From assembly GCA_051530055.1 (NCBI GenBank), contig CM121342.1:14771480-14835479 (forward strand): DNA of 64,000 bases, written 5' to 3'. Source of the stretch: Neoechinorhynchus agilis. Its lineage: Eukaryota; Animalia; Acanthocephala. Both the position numbers and the translations under genes were made by a program. The first letter of the stretch is position 1, and each line of letters begins with the position of its first letter. A model generated the notes under the pieces. It did not search any database. It saw nothing but the letters and a program-made list of their open reading frames with translations, and was not told the DNA's origin. Shown piece after piece: positions 60,701 to 64,000 of this stretch.

Positions 60701-60755
60701 CGGAGGCAGCGACGAGGTTAGTTATCATGGTACGAATATTCGCGTTAAGACTCAT
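57750..60755 (-). CDS. Intronless 1001-aa protein: globular N-terminus, long coiled coil, Pro/basic tail
   Basis: Uninterrupted 3-kb ORF in AT-rich DNA. Heptad-rich E/K/L/Q region from about residue 290 to 850. Faint resemblance of the N-terminus to Hook-type CH domains. Confidence 0.85.
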   Translation of the reverse strand: MSLNANIRTMITNLVAASVSPTCKIRRNIKIWISINDPNGVYKIMEDICCQIEKNVNEQNPHEDFSMLGKRPSEMKKFLENRYKMAIKPMELLGRAVLILSFYGYGLSTPSVSDLFLEMCTRLNASDQTTLTCLLSALLFDGDNDRKTTINTILISEDEHSYDKNCPYSSLSDLMAAVDKRENGQSTEQGKQKEKTMQIQNSNGKGSTDGKKKSIKSPDVINDTECKKTEDDQPGKYQSDDEPFGWNTHTKEALQSENGKDVIVGHFQKQETKPQTENRSPTIQESDSKCKMLKEELIEKEKLLENTNRRLKEMSEQSNKLNIEIKKLRTNTRALENDLEERNKNCSHQILRIAELTKQNENLTEDLRLTKGKNGDLSQKENELKSLAKDAQVEVMKLQKHQTEILEKLSEKENRLIDHKRKLKEVSEQNNDLNAQNTQLKRKQKLTEYDIEQKNKKYATLSSELEEMTKKNQDLKTKLSSIQQEKEMGVSKTEREMHYRINESQQKISKLERSLKAANEKLDTKVKALVGMENQLEKVRKQNEEMVAESQANGQLINDLNAKLNQLKEINEQNEITRKSRDREIVEVEVKLKAELDMAEKKVQQFLEKEIKWKTDKRSLELKLQKIMGKLEHLEQSRNLEENTGLIKNKEENLRLQGCLENAKTDISDLKTKYEYLYNELREKNTKLAEGSMKLENLLVQNGELLEKVETIQKKYDCVLSDNQDKSITIQRQERKIDKLKAELRDNISVNAVHQYEMIRKLNSQMIVELKKNKIEKKKLLTGNKDLENHARRYRKRVTVLEQSQEELKSQIIKQTKDFEDANNRAQHRLRLFERSIRRLVNNRTGNSKINKLKGNDDFNYSKNNLYIIDCELKEKDVQTNFIESLNGTDDLAGTNMACSNFAELPRQSLGPKSTTPPKRFNCMLMQSQNSTSAPNRFAPSKAEKRTPPPRPQKRSLVTGATFKPPKPSIFEDQYLTNALNTCRELNAIADAFDAIHRSKN

Positions 60756-61489
60756 TTCTAAAATTTAAGAAGGGGTTTTCAGATAAGAAATCAATATGTT
60801 CGAGCGTTGTGTATTGATAAAAATGAAGATACATTTTAAAATAAAGAATAATTGAAAATTGCACTCAAGGGATTTTATACCCCAATCACTGTTAGCGGCA
60901 AACCGAATACAAAACAATTTTGAATTAATACCTTAAAGCGAAGGATTTTATAAATTGTAAAGTCACCCATTTATTAGCTTTCAAATGTAAATCATAAAAA
61001 CCAAGTTGCTTGAGATAATCCCGTGTTTTCAGAAATGATTTAAAACGGAATCCCACCCACAACGTTCGGACAAATCGCAATTCAATGGTGTTCCCTTAAT
61101 TCTCCCCTACTTTTATAACCACCGTTTGGGCTTATTAAATGCAGTGAGTTGCTAAGTAGCGATTGGTGTGTAGAGTCCAGACTTTCCCACATTGCCTTTA
61201 AAATAACCTTATCCGCTATGCTTGTTTGACGTTTACGGTCCATGTAGATCTTAGTCAATCAATTTCGAGAAAAAGACAAAAGCGAATGAAGTTCCTACCA
61301 ATTTTTATACGATGATGTTACTAATAGGAATTCCTGACTAAGATAGACGCCACATTGGTTCTTTGAAAACATCGAACTTTAAAATTTCTCCTCGGTTAAT
61401 TTAATGTACTAAAATCCAAGAAAATGATTTTTCATCGAAAAGGAGATTAAAAATCAGAATACATAAGTCGCGTTCATATAGAGAATAGG

Positions 61490-61661
61490 TGTTGGTGTTG
61501 ATAATTTATTTTAAAATATTTCGTAAGTTTTTTGCTTACCTCTTCAGTTATATTGCTTGTAAGTATCAAATATGTGGGTTATTTGAAACTTACAAGCAAT
61601 ATAACTGAAGAGGTAAGCAAAAAGCTTACGAAATATTTTAAATAAATGATCAACACCAACA
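61490..61661. repeat. Near-perfect long hairpin: about 83-bp arms, about 7-nt loop
   Basis: 61490-61572 vs reverse complement of 61580-61661 differ at about 4 positions, including one indel. Confidence 0.92.
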
Positions 61662-62504
61662 ACACCAATCCGGGGGAAAACATCGCCAAACTCGAATCAA
61701 ATTCACCCCGACGACAATTCTCTGTGATATTTTAAGAATAGTTTCAAATTATTAAATGATGCGGGTCTCTTGACTTAGTACACAACCTGCTCGCTCGCAG
61801 CACAACGAATACTAATCAAGCATTTGGGAGGTGAGGGGAAATATCGTGGTTCATAAAAATCGTTATTGATATAAGGTATTGCTTTGGGAAATCGCTTGCT
61901 TTTAGATATGTTCTTGAAAACATGATTGCCTGCTTATCTTCATAAAATACTTGGAAAAACATAGTGCTTATCACACCCGAAATCGGTTATAATTATTGTG
62001 CCAACATGATAAATATTGAGCCGAAACGAGTCGTTTTTAGTTAATATTAAATATAGAAGACTTTAATGACTTAAGAATGGAAGTTTGATGAACTGATTCT
62101 GTACGAAGCTAAGATTTTAAAACACACGTCCTATTATTGCTTGAGTATAAGTTTAAAAACCGTAAGTCGCGACAATCCGGTAATAAAAATCAACGATCAA
62201 CTATAAAGAATATGATTTACCGATGTTATCGAAGATTTCAAATCGATGAACTCATTTTTCAAATAAAATTATTACCAGTCTCATAACAAAGTCGGGGAAT
62301 GTCCTAGTCGCCACCTGAGACACTTATACCTAAGCCCGTAACGTATCATCGAAGCTAGGCAGACGCTATGCTACTGTTCATCTACAAAAAGTCACGAATG
62401 TCACCTAGAGATCTTTAAAAGAGTATATTCAAGCTTTGCAAAAGGCAGAAGATCACAGCTATCTTTAGTTAATTGTAACGAAGTTGTTCACATATATGTA
62501 TTTT

Positions 62505-63435
62505 TTGGTGGTTGAGAAGAATAGAGAATGATTTTATTAATTCTAAATATTTCATCCGTCTCGTCGGACTTCTTCAGGTCTAAAAGGTAGGTCAGGATAA
62601 AGCCACCAGTCAACTTAAACAGATTACAGACTGAAATTTAGGCTAAAACCAGCGGTAAAATAGGGTGGATTAAAAACTAAAATCTAGGTAAAAGCCCAGG
62701 GTAAAATAGGGCGGATTACATAGTTAACTCAGACTAAAGCCACCAGTCACTTTAAAGGGATTACAGACTAAAACCAAGGATAAAAACACAAGTCAAATAA
62801 GGCGGATAGCAGACTAAAACTTAGGCTAATGAAACCAATTAAATAAGGTGGATTACAGACTAAAACTCAGGTTGAAGCCCCCGGTAAAATAGAGATGATT
62901 ACAGACTAAAACTCAGGCTAAAGCCACCGGTAAAATAGGGCGGATTAAAGATTAAAACTCAGGATGACGCAACCGATAAGATGAGGCAGATTACAGAATA
63001 TAACTCCGGCTAAAGCAACCAGTCAAATGAGGCGGATTACAGACTAAAACTCTGGATAAAAACATCAGTTAAACGGGTCGGACTACCGACTAAAACTAAA
63101 GCTAAAACCACCAGTCAAATAAGACGGATTAAAGACTTTAACTCAGGGTAAAGTCACTAGTAAAATAGGCAGATTATGGACTAAAACTCTGTATGAGGCA
63201 AGCGGTTCAATAGTGCGGATTACAGACGAAAAATCAGTATAAAGCAACCTGTCAAATGAGGCGGACTACAGACTAAAATTCAGGCTAAAGCCACCAGTCC
63301 AATGAGGCGGATTATGGACTAAAACTTAGGCTAAAATCACCGGTCAAATAAGGCGAATTACAGAAACTCTGGCTAAGACGAGGCGGACGAAATATTGATA
63401 ATAATAAATCAATCTCTATTTTTCTCATCACCAAG
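62505..63435. repeat. 46-bp minisatellite (about 17 copies) bracketed by inverted family B hammerhead repeats
   Basis: Unit approximately GATTACAGACTAAAACTCAGGCTAAAGCCACC(A/G)GT(C/A)AAAT(G/A)(A/G)GGCG over about 62595-63372. Antisense CUGAAGA...GAAAUAUU at 62545-62577; sense 3' half GGACGAAATATTGA...CTCATCACCAA at 63385-63434. Confidence 0.9.
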
Positions 63436-64000
63436 CAAAATGCATACTTTAGTTATTTATCAACTAATTGATGCCTTCTTAGAACCACGCTAAATTGATT
63501 TTTTTGAATAATATACGAGGTTTTACTTCTATGCGAGTATCTTAGACGTTTTTATCAAGGTGAGATATCAAACAAGTTTTTAACTCTCACACGTTACCTC
63601 GTTGATTTTGGTGGTCGTTTTAATACTACTGAGATAAGTGATTTCCATTTTATGTCTGAATACAAATCAACGCCTCATCGATTAAATTTTCACCATCAAC
63701 GCTTCTCTTTTTTCTTTGGTAAATTTCTTTACGATTTTTGATAACTGCTATAAGTTATAAATAAAAACAACTGTAATAGTTTTTTTGCAAATATTATTTC
63801 TTTTTTTATATCATTATTATTAGAACAAAGAAGCGTTACAATGAGTTGGGAGCATATCTGTCAAATAGACTTTATCAGTCTTAACTTTAATGATTTATAA
63901 AATCTATAAAATGGACGTCCTTGAAGTTTATTGTCTGAGCAATGTCCATAACTTGCCCTCCACAACGTAAGCCTATTCGACGCGTGAATTTAAACTGTCC

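Noticed and set aside
57865-60761. Plus-strand short ORFs opposite the coiled-coil gene (and similar shadows over ADI, CK1, ATPase, CWC27)
   Set aside because: Antisense shadows of real coding sequence.
1-64000. tRNA, rRNA or snRNA genes
   Set aside because: No cloverleaf or rRNA/snRNA signature recognised by eye; GGTTCGA-like strings belong to hammerhead stem II. A covariance search would be needed to exclude small RNAs.

Overview
AT-rich eukaryotic (animal) genomic DNA with compact genes and very short GT-AG introns (many about 35-55 nt), typical of a reduced-genome metazoan. The taxon cannot be fixed from sequence alone. Recognisable genes: DRG1 (5'-truncated), COA5/PET191, a divergent TFIIA large subunit, Na+/K+-ATPase alpha, CWC27, an intronless casein kinase 1, a divergent TAF5-like WD40 protein, a secreted 4-Ig protein and a 1001-aa intronless coiled-coil protein. 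Two items stand out. (1) An intronless bacterial-type arginine deiminase (9513-10997), an enzyme animals normally lack, so a horizontal-transfer candidate. (2) A roughly 15-kb gene whose exons splice in frame into a multi-LamininG / about 14 EGF / single TM receptor with a C-terminal WD40 propeller, an architecture I cannot match to a characterised family. The intergenic DNA holds two families of minimal hammerhead-ribozyme repeats (Penelope-like), LINE, CRE, pogo and Tc1 remnants, a 231-bp palindrome-bearing satellite at two loci, a 46-bp minisatellite bracketed by inverted hammerhead repeats, and several unrelated long foldbacks. Many start codons sit just behind a 3' splice-acceptor-like (Y)nAG, suggesting SL trans-splicing or 5'UTR introns. 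All exon structures were read by eye; no database searches were run.
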